From Patescibacteria group bacterium (lineage in GTDB: Bacteria; Patescibacteriota; UBA1384; UBA12157; JAENIV01), in contig JBEKTP010000005.1 of the NCBI GenBank assembly GCA_049515915.1, positions 15,307 through 79,306 on the forward strand: DNA of 64,000 nt, written 5' to 3'. Both the position numbers and the translations under genes were made by a program. Positions 41,576 to 52,246 of this stretch are shown piece after piece (positions within the stretch are counted from its first letter, which is position 1; each line of letters starts with the position of its first letter). The notes beneath the pieces were generated by a model. The model saw only the letters and a program-made list of their open reading frames with translations. It did no database searches and was not told the DNA's origin.

Positions 41576-43462
41576 CTAGTTTCCGATTTTTCTCGCCCTT
41601 ACCTCCTTTTTATAGCACTCTAAAATATCACCAACTAATATTTTAGTCTCGGTAATAACTTTTAGCCCACACTCAAAACCTTCTAAAACCTCATGAACAT
41701 CGTTTTTATTTTGCTGAAGGTTCTCAACTCTACCTTCACCAATAGTATCTTTATCACGGGTGATTTTGACTTCGGTCTTGTTTTCGATTTGGCCGGTTGT
41801 CACTTTGCCGCCAATAATTTTTTCGTTTCGGTGAACTTTAAAAACAGCTAAAACTTCCAAGCGGCCAATTTCGGTTTCGATTATTTCCGGTTCCAAGAGC
41901 CCCGACAAAGCCGCCGCCAGATCGTCGATAAGTTGGTAAATAATATCATAAATTGAAATTTTAATATTTTCGCGGCGAGCCAAATTCATCACGTCAGCAT
42001 CGACTTTGACCCGAAAACCAATCACTAAAGCGTTTGAAGCTAAAGCCATATTGATATCTGATTCTGAGACATCGCCTACGCCTTCATGGATAATATTGAT
42101 TTTAACTTCCTCGGTCGAAATGTTTTTTAAGGATGTCGTAATGGCTTTAAGCGAGCCGTTGACATCGGCTTTAAGAACAATATTTAATTCCTTGATTTTG
42201 CCTTCTTTAATATCGCTGGATAATTCGGTAATCGAAAGCACTTTTCGTTTGATTGTCTTGGCTTTGGTCATTTCGCGAGCATTTTTTTCATCGGCGACCA
42301 CCTCAAAGCGGTCGCCAAAATTAGGCAAATCCTGCAGTCCAGCGATTTGGACTGGCGTTGACGGACCAGCTGTTAAAATTTTTTTACTTAAATAATTTTC
42401 CATAATCCGAATTTTGCCATAGGTTCGACCAATAACGACCGGATCACCCAGTTTTAAAGTTCCTTCTTGGACTAAAACCGTGGCCAGCGGCCCCAAACCA
42501 GCTTGCATATGAGACTCAATCACCACGCCGGAGGCCGGCAAGTTCGGATCGGCTTTAAGCTCGGCTAAATCAGCTACTAATAGAATCATTTCTAAAAGGC
42601 TGTCGATATTTTGCCCAGTTTTAGCGGAAACTTCCACTATCGGTGTCTTGCCACCCCATTCCTCAGGCGAGAGTCCAATATCAGCTAATTGCCTTTTGGT
42701 TTTATCAATATCGGCGTCCGGCAAATCCACTTTATTGATCGCGATCACTATGGGTACGTTAGCCGCTTTAGCATGGTTAGCCGCTTCAACCGTTTGCGGT
42801 TTGACACCATCATTGGCGGCAACAACTAAAACGACTACGTCGGTGATATTAGCGCCATGAGCGCGCATCGCCGAAAATGCTTCATGGCCAGGAGTATCTA
42901 AAAAAGTAATCGCCCTTTCTTCATTTTTAATCTTAGATTTTTGATTTTTTATTTTTATCTGGTACGCCCCAATATGTTGAGTGATGCCGCCGGATTCAGT
43001 CGAGACAACATCGGTTTGACGAATGGCGTCGAGTAATTTAGTTTTACCATGATCAACATGACCCATGACGGTGACCACCGGCGCCCGCAGAATTAGATTT
43101 TTCTTTTTATTAATAGTTTTCGCTTTAAGAGCTTTAATATTTGCACTTTCGGTTTTAAGTTTGACTTCGAACCCCAATTCATCGCCAATGATCAACATTG
43201 TATCAAAATCAATGGACTCATTTATCGTGGCCATCACCCCATTTTTAACTAAACTACCAATCACATCCGTCACCGGAAAACCTAAAGCGGCCGCAAACTC
43301 GCGCACGGTCAAAACCGAAGATACCTCAACAGACGGCTTCGCCGCTGATTGCTCATCTTTGATCGCTGCTTGCTCCTTTTTCTGCGATATGCCAGAAGCG
43401 ATATATTTTAGCTCGGCTTTGGCCTCTTTTTTACTCAATTTTCTCTGACGTCTTTTTGCCAT
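41576..43462 (-). CDS. infB: Translation initiation factor IF-2 (short N-terminus)
   Basis: [42 protein letters not shown]. Confidence 0.98.
   Translation of the reverse strand: MAKRRQRKLSKKEAKAELKYIASGISQKKEQAAIKDEQSAAKPSVEVSSVLTVREFAAALGFPVTDVIGSLVKNGVMATINESIDFDTMLIIGDELGFEVKLKTESANIKALKAKTINKKKNLILRAPVVTVMGHVDHGKTKLLDAIRQTDVVSTESGGITQHIGAYQIKIKNQKSKIKNEERAITFLDTPGHEAFSAMRAHGANITDVVVLVVAANDGVKPQTVEAANHAKAANVPIVIAINKVDLPDADIDKTKRQLADIGLSPEEWGGKTPIVEVSAKTGQNIDSLLEMILLVADLAELKADPNLPASGVVIESHMQAGLGPLATVLVQEGTLKLGDPVVIGRTYGKIRIMENYLSKKILTAGPSTPVQIAGLQDLPNFGDRFEVVADEKNAREMTKAKTIKRKVLSITELSSDIKEGKIKELNIVLKADVNGSLKAITTSLKNISTEEVKINIIHEGVGDVSESDINMALASNALVIGFRVKVDADVMNLARRENIKISIYDIIYQLIDDLAAALSGLLEPEIIETEIGRLEVLAVFKVHRNEKIIGGKVTTGQIENKTEVKITRDKDTIGEGRVENLQQNKNDVHEVLEGFECGLKVITETKILVGDILECYKKEVRARKIGN
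42922..42956. repeat. 5x heptamer micro-array inside infB (in-frame)
   Basis: cattttt aatctta gattttt gattttt tattttt; encodes KIKNQKSKIKN. Confidence 0.65.
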
Positions 43463-43610
43463 GGTAAATTGATTTTATCACCTTCAGGAGTAGATAGCAA
43501 GCATATGAGAAACCCAGCAAACCTTAGACGGTCCACGGGGCTTTTGTTCTTCCCCTCGGTCATTTTAAGAATGTATCGTCAAACGTTCACTCACGATATA
43601 ATAATGTTAA

Positions 43611-43904
43611 ATGAAAAAAGTTATTTTAATTATTGCAATTCTTATTGTAGTTGGTCTGGCCGCCGGCGTAGTTTACTTTTGGCAAACACATAAAAATATG
43701 AAATACACCGATTGGACGACCATTCAAGAACAATTCCAAAGCTGCCGTATTGCGAGTGTTGACCAGACCCATGGCCGCTTAGTCAATCTAATTCTCAAAG
43801 ATGGTTCGCGTGAATATGTTTTGGAGCCAAAAAAAGACTATATAATTGACGAATTGGTCAATGCTCTCAATAAATGCGGTCAAATTGATCTAAAAACTAA
43901 ATAA
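43611..43904 (+). CDS. Hypothetical secreted/membrane-anchored protein with 2 Cys
   Basis: MKK + hydrophobic signal/TM; AT-rich like the core genes. Confidence 0.7.
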   Translation: MKKVILIIAILIVVGLAAGVVYFWQTHKNMKYTDWTTIQEQFQSCRIASVDQTHGRLVNLILKDGSREYVLEPKKDYIIDELVNALNKCGQIDLKTK

Positions 43905-43999
43905 TGTTCTTTCGCGGTAAGGCTTGCAAAAAGTAAACGATTTTAGGAATATGGGTGGGGGGGGGAGCACTTCTCACAATTTATGCAGGAAGGACCACT

Positions 44000-44401
44000 A
44001 TGGAAGTAATTCATCAGATCGTAACTCAGATTGTGATTATGGCGCGCGAGAATGATGGCGGGGAAAGCAGTTTCATCGCCAAGATTCTCGCAAGGAGTCT
44101 CCTGTGCTGCAACATCAAGGTGGTTGCGGCCGGTGAGCCCATCCCCGATCTCAAAGGCGAGGACGACATCCTGGTTCTCTCGACCGAACGGCTCCAAACG
44201 GTCAACCAGGCCGCCGAGATGGTTACCGCCACCGACGGCGAGATCCTGATACTGGAAGAGAACAACGCTTTTCCCGTTCCTGGCGAAGTTCGAACGGTCA
44301 TTACTAACATTCCCAAACTGCACTTCGGGAATGTTACCAGGTTGACAGGAACAGACTTGGCTGAAACCGTCCTCGAACAGATCGCCAAGATCAGACAATA
44401 A
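44000..44401 (+). CDS. Hypothetical alpha/beta protein (possibly a degenerate receiver-like fold), GC-richer singleton
   Basis: ATG behind GGAAGGA; alternating beta/alpha pattern; hairpin 44422-44447 downstream. Confidence 0.6.
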   Translation: MEVIHQIVTQIVIMARENDGGESSFIAKILARSLLCCNIKVVAAGEPIPDLKGEDDILVLSTERLQTVNQAAEMVTATDGEILILEENNAFPVPGEVRTVITNIPKLHFGNVTRLTGTDLAETVLEQIAKIRQ

Positions 44402-44421
44402 AATGAACCCGCAGTACCAAA

Positions 44422-44447
44422 AGGCGGGGTGCCCACGCACCCCGCCT
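44422..44447 (+). terminator. 11-bp GC hairpin
   Basis: AGGCGGGGTGC-CCAC-GCACCCCGCCT. Confidence 0.55.
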
Positions 44448-44503
44448 AACTCATCTTTAATATTTAGTTAGATATTTAGCCGATTTTAATATATAATGAG
44501 GAT

Positions 44504-44923
44504 GTGATTAAGAAATATTTACCTTTTTTCCAACGGAATATGCCGCCGATTCTCAATGCTATGATTGTTATTGGTGTAGGAATTATTTTTAGTCCCTTTC
44601 AACCGTTGCCGCCAAAATTATTCATCATCCTTTTATTTCTCCTCTATAATCTTGGTTGTTTTTTTCTCAACAAAAATCGCGACATTGGTATGGCGATGGT
44701 TGGTGCTTATTGGAAACAACAATATCCTAAACCTCAGCAGATTCTCTATATCGCCCTTTACACATTGAGTTTTGCCTCAATTTTCTACCATATTTTTTTC
44801 CCCTTCGATTTGCTTTTATTCAATATTGTTCTCCTACAAGTCCCTACCCTTCTTTTCAGCGGAATGACTTTTCCGGCCTTCTTGGCCGGACGAATGCAAA
44901 TTGTTGCCGGTAAACCGTTCTAA
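44504..44923 (+). CDS. Hypothetical polytopic membrane protein (weakly RDD-like)
   Basis: Several TM helices; family assignment is weak. Confidence 0.6.
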   Translation: MIKKYLPFFQRNMPPILNAMIVIGVGIIFSPFQPLPPKLFIILLFLLYNLGCFFLNKNRDIGMAMVGAYWKQQYPKPQQILYIALYTLSFASIFYHIFFPFDLLLFNIVLLQVPTLLFSGMTFPAFLAGRMQIVAGKPF

Positions 44924-44999
44924 TTTACTTCATATACCAAAAAGAGCCCAAACTACAGCCTCTTTCTAAATCGTTAATTAGCATGCTTAAAGATCATTT

Positions 45000-47900
45000 T
45001 CAATTGTCTCCACCTTCTCCACCCCAATAGTTTGGCTCACTTTTCTTTTTAAATAAATTAGGCAGGTTTTGGTCGATAGTTTTATTAGGATTGCCTTTGG
45101 GCGATTCGTCTTTTTTGGTATAATCGTTGACTTTGATATCTTTTCGGTTTTTAAAAATTTGCGGTTGGCGCCACGAGTCCGCGTGAACTTTCGCCCAATC
45201 GGGAATTTTCTTCTCTTTCTCCTCTGATTTGCTTTCGGCGTTTTGGACCACGGGCGATGGCTTCTTTGACCCTTTTTCTTCGGCCGGTTTTTCTTTAATT
45301 TGCTCTTCAACTTCTTCCTCGACCCTTGCTTCCTCACTTATCTTAATAGTTGGAACTTCGTCATCTTCATCACTTTTTACATCATCAAGATCACCCCCAG
45401 TATTCGGCTCGCTCGGCAAATCAAGTTTATCAGTCATATCCTTTTTGATTACGGTAACAGAAGTGACTTTATCGCCAGAATTTAATTTGATCAGTGTGAC
45501 GCCTTGCGTGTCACGCTGCAATTCTTTAATCGAGGAAAGGGACATTCTAATAACTTGGCCTTTGGATGAAGCCAAAATAACATCGTAGTCTTCGCCGTAG
45601 ACCAGCCGCATGCCGACAATCGGCCCGGTCCGTTCGGTCACATTAGCCGCTCGAATACCCATCCCACCGCGAATCTGAGTTTTAAATTGGGGCAGTGGCG
45701 TACGTTTACCAAAGCCTTTTTCTAAAACAATCAAAGCATCAGCATCTTTCTCGCGTTCAGGGCTGACAACGTCAGTTGAAACAACATAATCATTTGCGCG
45801 TAGGGCAATACCACGCACACCAGCCGCGGTGCGGCCCATTGGCCGGATATCGGTTTCCTCATAAAGAATCGATTGTCCGCGGGCTGAGACTTGGAATATT
45901 TTTGAATTGCCTTTTGTAAATTTAACCCAGCGTAAGCGGTCATCACCTTTGAGCTTCATTGCCAAAATACCGGTTTTTCGAACTTTACTGTACATCGAAA
46001 GAGTCGTTTTCTTAACTGACCCTTTAGTGGTAGCCATCATGATAAATTTGAATTTTTCTATGTCCTTGGTCGACAAACAAATCATCGACGTCACTTTTTC
46101 TTCGGGCGAAATTTGTAAAATATTGACAATCGCTTGGCCTTTGGCAAGGCGAGAAGCGGCGGGAATTTCATAGACTTTGGTGTGGAAAACGCGGCCTCGA
46201 TCGGTGAAAAAGTAAATATCATCGTGAGTATTAGCGATAATCAAATGCTCAATCATATCTTCTTCGCGCGTTTCCATTCCCATCACCCCTTTGCCGCCGC
46301 GGACTTGACTTTTATAAGCTGCCGCCGGCATTCTTTTGATGTAATTACCACGCGTTAAAATAATAATGACTTGTTCCGATGGGATCAAATCCTCGGCCGA
46401 GAATTTGCCGATTTCTTGTGCGTAGATTTTAGTACGGCGAGGCGAAGGGAATTTATTTTTTAAATCTGTTAATTCTTTTTTGATAATTTCTAAAATCTTT
46501 TGTCCGGATGCTAAAATAGCTTCGAGCGAAGTAATAAGTTTAATTTTTTCTTGATATTCCGTTTCAACTTTTTCGCGTTCAAGAGCAGCCAGTGCCGAAA
46601 GACGCATTTCTAAAATAGCATTGGCCTGGACTTCGTCAAGTTTAAATTTAGTAATAAGCTTTTTTTGAGCCTCATTACGGTTAGTTGATTTACGAATTGT
46701 CGCGACCACTTCGTCGATATTTTTTAGCGCAATGCGCAAGCCTTCCAAAATATGAGCGCGTTCCTTCGCGCGGTCAAGTTCAAATTGAGTGCGGCGACGG
46801 ACAACGACTTGGCGATGTTTGATATATTCTTCCAAAATATTTTTCAAAGTCAAAACGCGCGGTTGTATTCCATCTACTAAAGCGAGCATGTTGACATAAA
46901 ATATCGTCTGCATCGTCGTTAGTTCATAAAGACGGTTTAAGATTTTTTTCGGGTAGGCGTTAGCGCGCAGCTCAATGACAATTCTCACCCCGTCTTTTCG
47001 GTCAGACTCATCGCGCAGATCTGAAATGCCATCGAGTTTTTTTTCTTTAACTAAATCGGCGATCTTTAAAATCAATTCGGCTTTATTAACTTGATAAGGA
47101 ATTTCAGTAACAATAATTCGAAAACCGCGTTTGGTTTCTTCGATATTGGCGACTGCCCGCATTACAATCGCGCCTTTACCGGCCCCGTAGGCATTTTTGA
47201 TTTGCGCGAGTCCATAAATTTCAGCGCCAGTTGGAAAGTCCGGCCCTTTGACAAAAGTCATCAAATCATCAATTGTGCAGTCGAGATTATCGATGAGATA
47301 AATAGCAGCGTCGCAAACTTCACCTAAGTTGTGAGGCGGGATGTTGGTAGCCATACCGACAGCAATACCCATTGAGCCGTTGAGTAGAAGATTCGGCAAT
47401 TTAGCTGGTAAAACTTTTGGTTCTTCGCGGGTGCTATCGTAGTTCGGCACAAAATCAACAGTATCTTTTTCAATATCAGAGAGCAATTCTTCGGCGGGTG
47501 CGGTCAGTCGACATTCGGTATTATGGTTAATAAAACCATTACCTACATACGAATGACACTCACTCTCAACTTTCAAAGAATAAACTTGTGCTCGACCGCC
47601 ATCACTGATCTTTGTTATCGGATCAAAAAGATAATGATTTGACAAGAGTGTCTTAAAAATATTTTTTAAATATGGCTGAACGTTTACTTTTACAGCCGAA
47701 ACAACAGCTTGATAATTCTCTTGCATTTGGAGATAGCGATCAAAATTATGTTTGACAACAAATTGTCGAACATCATGATAACTTAAACTCTCATCAAGAT
47801 TAGACCGTGTATAATCACTTAGTAAAGGCACAAAATCCGTCTGCGATTGTACTTTTTTCAAACCCTGTATAACTACTTTTAATTTATCTTTTTTTATTTT

Positions 47901-49373
47901 GCCTAAGAAATTAATTTCATGATTAAAAATCCGATAATTATCCAAACCACGAACATATAGCTTATAAATGCTTCGATAATGATCCAAGCGCAGAGTACTC
48001 GCGACCCCAAATCTCAAAAGGAGAATTTGAATTTGACGGAGGATTTCATTATTCTTGGAGATACAACTTAACTCTATCATTTTACCACTGGAACTAATTG
48101 TTCCATCCCCTTCAAAATACGCGCTCAAAAAAATACTGACCACTGATTTTGGAGATTGAAAAATTGACCAAGGAACAAGCCGATCTGCGGACTTACACGG
48201 CTTAAGACCAATGCTTTGTAAAAAACGCAAAACGTAGCGGGAATGAATTTCTAAAGTGTAGTATGATTTCTTACCAAATCCAAATGATGATGGTCTTTTT
48301 TTGAATTCATGAAGACGGCAATCCGGAAAAACCCTAAACCATCTCTTTTTAAAATTATTTATCCATTGCTTGTCAGTATTGGAAAATTCCAGCTCATTCT
48401 GACACAATGTTCCTTCAGATAGAAGCGACCCTAAAATATAAGCCAAATCTTGATTAAGCATTTTTGGTAAAACTTTTTTTTGAGCACGAGAATTTTCATC
48501 TTTCGGCCAATAAGGTTTTAGTTGAACCTTTTTCTTGGGCCATAATAAATCCGGAGTCCGGTTAATTACCGCTACATCGCCAAATTTAACTTGACTAAGC
48601 AGCTTCCACTGCAACCCCGGTGCACCATTACTTCCGTCCCCATGCCAAACTAAAATCGGATGATTATAAGAACCCTGAAGAGTATAACCTCTTAGTGTTG
48701 AGATTTTAATTGTTGGATGAGTACCGCTATCAAACCATTTAATAGCCGAGTTGATTTTTTGATTTTTTGAAAGTATTTTGCATTTAATGTCTTCCCGGCT
48801 ATCACTTGAAATGTCTTTGATTGGCATTAAACCCTTATCGGTAATAATTAAAGTATCGCCAGTAACGCAGTAACGCATAGCGGCCGCTTGGTCACCGTCA
48901 ACTGAACCGAAATTTCCCTGACCATCAACAAGGCGAACACCCATCGAAAAATCCTGGGCCAAACGAACGAGCGTATCATAAACGGCAATGTCGCCGTGCG
49001 GATGGTATTTACCCAAAACGTCACCCACCACAGTAGCTGATTTGCGATATTTGGCTTGGTGAGTCAATCCAAGTTCGTTCATCGAAAATAAAACGCGACG
49101 ATGAACTGGCTTTAAACCATCACGAACGTCAGGCAAAGCACGCGAAATAATCACCGACATAGCGTAGTCAAGATAAGATTCGCGCATTTCATTTTCTAAA
49201 ACGCGCCCGCGGACTAGCCCATAATTAGTTTTTTCGTCTTTGCCTTCCTTTTCTTCGGTAAAATCACCTAAAATTTCGGCTTTAGCCACTTCTTCAGGAT
49301 TTAATTCAGCCAATTCTTCAGCTTTAATTTCAGCGATGTTTTTGTCAGGATTATTTTGTTTTTTATCAGCCAT
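45000..49373 (-). CDS. gyrA: DNA gyrase subunit A precursor containing an intein
   Basis: [36 protein letters not shown]|T, GyrA-box QVRGGKG, beta-pinwheel repeats. Confidence 0.98.
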   Translation of the reverse strand: MADKKQNNPDKNIAEIKAEELAELNPEEVAKAEILGDFTEEKEGKDEKTNYGLVRGRVLENEMRESYLDYAMSVIISRALPDVRDGLKPVHRRVLFSMNELGLTHQAKYRKSATVVGDVLGKYHPHGDIAVYDTLVRLAQDFSMGVRLVDGQGNFGSVDGDQAAAMRYCVTGDTLIITDKGLMPIKDISSDSREDIKCKILSKNQKINSAIKWFDSGTHPTIKISTLRGYTLQGSYNHPILVWHGDGSNGAPGLQWKLLSQVKFGDVAVINRTPDLLWPKKKVQLKPYWPKDENSRAQKKVLPKMLNQDLAYILGSLLSEGTLCQNELEFSNTDKQWINNFKKRWFRVFPDCRLHEFKKRPSSFGFGKKSYYTLEIHSRYVLRFLQSIGLKPCKSADRLVPWSIFQSPKSVVSIFLSAYFEGDGTISSSGKMIELSCISKNNEILRQIQILLLRFGVASTLRLDHYRSIYKLYVRGLDNYRIFNHEINFLGKIKKDKLKVVIQGLKKVQSQTDFVPLLSDYTRSNLDESLSYHDVRQFVVKHNFDRYLQMQENYQAVVSAVKVNVQPYLKNIFKTLLSNHYLFDPITKISDGGRAQVYSLKVESECHSYVGNGFINHNTECRLTAPAEELLSDIEKDTVDFVPNYDSTREEPKVLPAKLPNLLLNGSMGIAVGMATNIPPHNLGEVCDAAIYLIDNLDCTIDDLMTFVKGPDFPTGAEIYGLAQIKNAYGAGKGAIVMRAVANIEETKRGFRIIVTEIPYQVNKAELILKIADLVKEKKLDGISDLRDESDRKDGVRIVIELRANAYPKKILNRLYELTTMQTIFYVNMLALVDGIQPRVLTLKNILEEYIKHRQVVVRRRTQFELDRAKERAHILEGLRIALKNIDEVVATIRKSTNRNEAQKKLITKFKLDEVQANAILEMRLSALAALEREKVETEYQEKIKLITSLEAILASGQKILEIIKKELTDLKNKFPSPRRTKIYAQEIGKFSAEDLIPSEQVIIILTRGNYIKRMPAAAYKSQVRGGKGVMGMETREEDMIEHLIIANTHDDIYFFTDRGRVFHTKVYEIPAASRLAKGQAIVNILQISPEEKVTSMICLSTKDIEKFKFIMMATTKGSVKKTTLSMYSKVRKTGILAMKLKGDDRLRWVKFTKGNSKIFQVSARGQSILYEETDIRPMGRTAAGVRGIALRANDYVVSTDVVSPEREKDADALIVLEKGFGKRTPLPQFKTQIRGGMGIRAANVTERTGPIVGMRLVYGEDYDVILASSKGQVIRMSLSSIKELQRDTQGVTLIKLNSGDKVTSVTVIKKDMTDKLDLPSEPNTGGDLDDVKSDEDDEVPTIKISEEARVEEEVEEQIKEKPAEEKGSKKPSPVVQNAESKSEEKEKKIPDWAKVHADSWRQPQIFKNRKDIKVNDYTKKDESPKGNPNKTIDQNLPNLFKKKSEPNYWGGEGGDN
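47520..48869 (-). mobile_element. GyrA intein (450 aa) with a LAGLIDADG homing endonuclease
   Basis: AAMRY|CVTGDT...GNGFINHN|TECR; LAGLIDADG blocks [12 protein letters not shown] and [10 protein letters not shown]; inserted right after the catalytic Tyr. Confidence 0.95.
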
Positions 49374-49384
49374 TATACCCTTAA

Positions 49385-49558
49385 TTAATCATTTTTCAGT
49401 TTTTTAAAATCGCCCTTTTCCTTTTTAATATTGGAGGCATTCGCCCGTGGCTTGCCGCGCTGCTTACCCATACCCACTTCCGAATCAAACCAATCCTTGT
49501 GCGGTTGATTATTTTCTAAATAACGGCTACTTTTTTTACCTTTTCGTCGTTTTGGCAT
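49385..49558 (-). CDS. Small Lys/Arg-rich hypothetical protein between gyrB and gyrA
   Basis: GAGGT SD before ATG (MPKRRKGKK...); stop lies 11 nt before the gyrA ATG. Confidence 0.45.
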   Translation of the reverse strand: MPKRRKGKKSSRYLENNQPHKDWFDSEVGMGKQRGKPRANASNIKKEKGDFKKLKND

Positions 49559-49579
49559 CTTTACCTCTTTCGTCGACAA

Positions 49580-49677
49580 GCTAATTGTTGCTCAAAGTAA
49601 CTTGTACAAGCCAAGTATGTAAGCTGCCAATTGACTCGCTGAGTTAATCGACAGCCGATACTTTATGCAATAATAGC
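49580..49677. ncRNA. Candidate structured RNA (three-way junction) after gyrB
   Basis: Outer stem plus inner 15-bp hairpin 49623-49655 plus small hairpin 49600-49616, paired by eye. Confidence 0.35.
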
Positions 49678-49688
49678 GAGCCATATTA

Positions 49689-52088
49689 TCAAATATCTAA
49701 ATTCTTAACATTTTTTGCGTGGGTAAGAATAAAGCGTTTGCGCGGCGCTACTTCGTCGCCCATGAGCATCGAAAAAACTTGATCAGCTCTTTCCGTATCG
49801 TCAACGGAAACTTTGAGTAAAACGCGATTTTCCGGATTCATCGTCGTTTCCCAAAGTTGTGTCGGCTGCATTTCTCCCAAACCTTTGTACCGTTGAATAT
49901 AAACATCTTTGCCCAATTTTTTAATAATCTTATCTTTTTGATCATCGTTATAGGCGTATTCCTTGACCTTACCCTTGGAAATGGAATAGAGCGGCGGTTG
50001 GGCAATGTATAAATTATTATTTTTGATTAAGTCGGGAAAATGACGATAAAAGAAAGTCAATAAGAGTGTGCGGATATGCGCGCCGTCAACATCGGCATCA
50101 GTCATAATAATGACACGGCCGTAGCGGAGCTTGGCCATGTTAATACCCTCGCCAATACCCACCCCCATGGCGACAATTAGCGACTTAATTTCTTCAGATG
50201 AAAGCATCCGGTCAAGTCTAGCCCGCTCAACATTTAAAATTTTTCCACGTAAAGGCAGAATTGCCTGAAACATCCTGTCGCGTCCTTGCTTTGCACTATT
50301 ATGAACAAAGACGCCGCTCGTGAGAGCAAAGTTGTGCGTCTTCGGCACCTCACAATCATATACATCAATTTTTTTTGAAAGAAATTTTATTAACTTTATT
50401 TTGTGGTTATAGCTTTTTACCGTCTCTGAAAATTTTGTACGATCACTATTTAAAAACCGCTCGATCAAAGGCATCAAACTATTATTATTTTCTAAATCTT
50501 TTGCCATCCGATAATGGCCATCACGAAGCATAAACCGGTGATCGGGAGTGCAAATAATTTTTTCATTATTGTCTAATGTAATTTCAATAACTTGAGTATT
50601 TCTTTTTGTTATTCTTGGTGAAAGAATTTTTTCGATACCTATATTTCCATCTGATTTAATTGTATAACAATAATTTGTTTTGCCTCTTTGGTATTCTTTA
50701 ATAAGTTCTTTAAAACTCAAGTTTCTACCGTCAGCTAAAACGAGTTTAGTATCCCCAGAAAAACATCCGCCAGCAGAGTTGCCCTCAACAATATAGAGCT
50801 CGGCGTTTTTCGGATCGCGGGTTGAACAATCGGCAAGCTTGCCGGGCAAAGTCATCCCTTCCAGCGCGCCTTTACGAATAACCGTCTCACGCGCTGCTTT
50901 GGCGGCCAACCGGGCCCGCAAAGATAAAGAACATTTTTCAACAATTCTTTTGGCGTCCTGCGGATGCTCGTCAAGCCAATAACTTAATCCCTCTAAAGTG
51001 GCTTGTTCAACAATGGATTTAACTTCCGGATTGCCGAGCTTGGCTTTTGTCTGACCTTCGAATTGCGGATTCGGGAGTTTAACCGAAATTACGGCCGTCA
51101 ATCCCTCGCGTGTATCATCACCGGAAAGAACCGCTTCGACGCCTTTAACCATCTCATTTTTTTTAGCGTAATCATTAATCGCCCGCGTCAGCGCCGAACG
51201 AAAGCCCGTCAAATGCGAGCCGCCTTCGGTCGTATAAATATTATTGGCAAATGAAAAAACGTGTTCATTATAATCATCAGAATAAGCTAGTGCTACTTCA
51301 ACGCGGATGTCGTCTGACTGTTTTTCTAAATAGGCCGGCGGATCGTTAAAAACTTCTTTGTCTTTATTAATATGGCGAACGTATGATGAAATGCCGCCTT
51401 CAAAGTAGAAAGTGTAACATTTTTCGGGATCAACTGGCTTAGTAAAATCTTCATCTTTTCTTCGATCGCAAATAATAATTCGAATGCCGCGCGTTAAATA
51501 AGCTTGCTGACGCAGATGATTAATGATTGTTTCTAAAGAAAAATTTCGGCTCGAAAAAACCTCTGGGTCTGGCTCAAAAGTAATGGCCGTGCCTTTTTCT
51601 TTAGTTTCACCCACCGGTTTAACCGCCGCTTTAGGTTTACCGCGGACATACTCTTGAACGTAAATTTTGCCATCGCGAAAAACCTCGGCTTTGGTATAGA
51701 TTGAAAGGGCGTTAACCACCGAAACACCGACCCCATGAAGACCGCCGGAGACTTTATATCCGCCGCCTTCGCCGAACTTAGCGCCGGCATGCAGGGTCGT
51801 CAGAACCGTTTCTAAAGCTGATTTTTTAGTCTGAGTGTGAATATCCACCGGAATGCCGCGGCCATTGTCTTTGACCCGAACACGATCTTTCGGCAAAAGC
51901 TCTAAAATAATAGTGTCACAGTAGCCGGCCATTGCTTCATCGATAGCGTTATCCACCACTTCCCAAACAAGGTGATGAAGACCTTCGGCACCCGTTCCGC
52001 CAATATACATGCCTGGACGGCGGCGAACCGGCTCAAGGCCTTCCAAAACCGTAATATTTTGCGCGGTATAACCCGCTTCTTTAGGCAC
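49689..52088 (-). CDS. gyrB: DNA gyrase subunit B precursor containing a mini-intein
   Basis: LEPVRRRPGMYIG, EVVDNAIDE, GGLHGVG, PQFEGQTK, PLRGK, MTDADVDGAHI, RYKGLGEM. Confidence 0.98.
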   Translation of the reverse strand: MPKEAGYTAQNITVLEGLEPVRRRPGMYIGGTGAEGLHHLVWEVVDNAIDEAMAGYCDTIILELLPKDRVRVKDNGRGIPVDIHTQTKKSALETVLTTLHAGAKFGEGGGYKVSGGLHGVGVSVVNALSIYTKAEVFRDGKIYVQEYVRGKPKAAVKPVGETKEKGTAITFEPDPEVFSSRNFSLETIINHLRQQAYLTRGIRIIICDRRKDEDFTKPVDPEKCYTFYFEGGISSYVRHINKDKEVFNDPPAYLEKQSDDIRVEVALAYSDDYNEHVFSFANNIYTTEGGSHLTGFRSALTRAINDYAKKNEMVKGVEAVLSGDDTREGLTAVISVKLPNPQFEGQTKAKLGNPEVKSIVEQATLEGLSYWLDEHPQDAKRIVEKCSLSLRARLAAKAARETVIRKGALEGMTLPGKLADCSTRDPKNAELYIVEGNSAGGCFSGDTKLVLADGRNLSFKELIKEYQRGKTNYCYTIKSDGNIGIEKILSPRITKRNTQVIEITLDNNEKIICTPDHRFMLRDGHYRMAKDLENNNSLMPLIERFLNSDRTKFSETVKSYNHKIKLIKFLSKKIDVYDCEVPKTHNFALTSGVFVHNSAKQGRDRMFQAILPLRGKILNVERARLDRMLSSEEIKSLIVAMGVGIGEGINMAKLRYGRVIIMTDADVDGAHIRTLLLTFFYRHFPDLIKNNNLYIAQPPLYSISKGKVKEYAYNDDQKDKIIKKLGKDVYIQRYKGLGEMQPTQLWETTMNPENRVLLKVSVDDTERADQVFSMLMGDEVAPRKRFILTHAKNVKNLDI
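50298..50765 (-). mobile_element. GyrB mini-intein (156 aa, no endonuclease)
   Basis: EGNSAGG|CFSGDT...CTPDHRF (block B)...VYD.EV..THNFAL..GVFVHN|SAKQGR. Confidence 0.95.
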
Positions 52089-52246
52089 TTATATCTCCTT
52101 TTTTTCAACACTTAAAACAAAGGTTTCTTCTCCACTTTAAGGCTTCTTAGTAAAAATTTCGGCCTCAAAATGACTTTCCCTTTTTACAATCCTATTTAAT
52201 ATTGTACCAAAAATTTACCACAAAAGAAACCCAGGAAAATCCTTTT

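Noticed and set aside
16550-43448. Plus-strand ORFs antisense to ribosomal, rpo and infB genes (e.g. 18364-19014, 31825-32265, 42006-42395)
   Set aside because: Antisense shadows of well-supported genes.
43500-43560. GCAAACC...GGT segment reminiscent of a c-di-GMP-I riboswitch
   Set aside because: It lacks the GNRA loop/receptor and the GCAAAG-P2 elements; no convincing fold.
44444-44473. GCCTAAC...GTTAGAT resembling integron attC R''/R' boxes
   Set aside because: Only 30 bp in total, no L boxes, not repeated at the other units, and no integrase seen.
44987-45337. Lys-rich 116-aa ORF overlapping the gyrA 3' end (possible frameshift product)
   Set aside because: Alternative frame of an A-rich low-complexity tail; gyrA itself is open to 45000.
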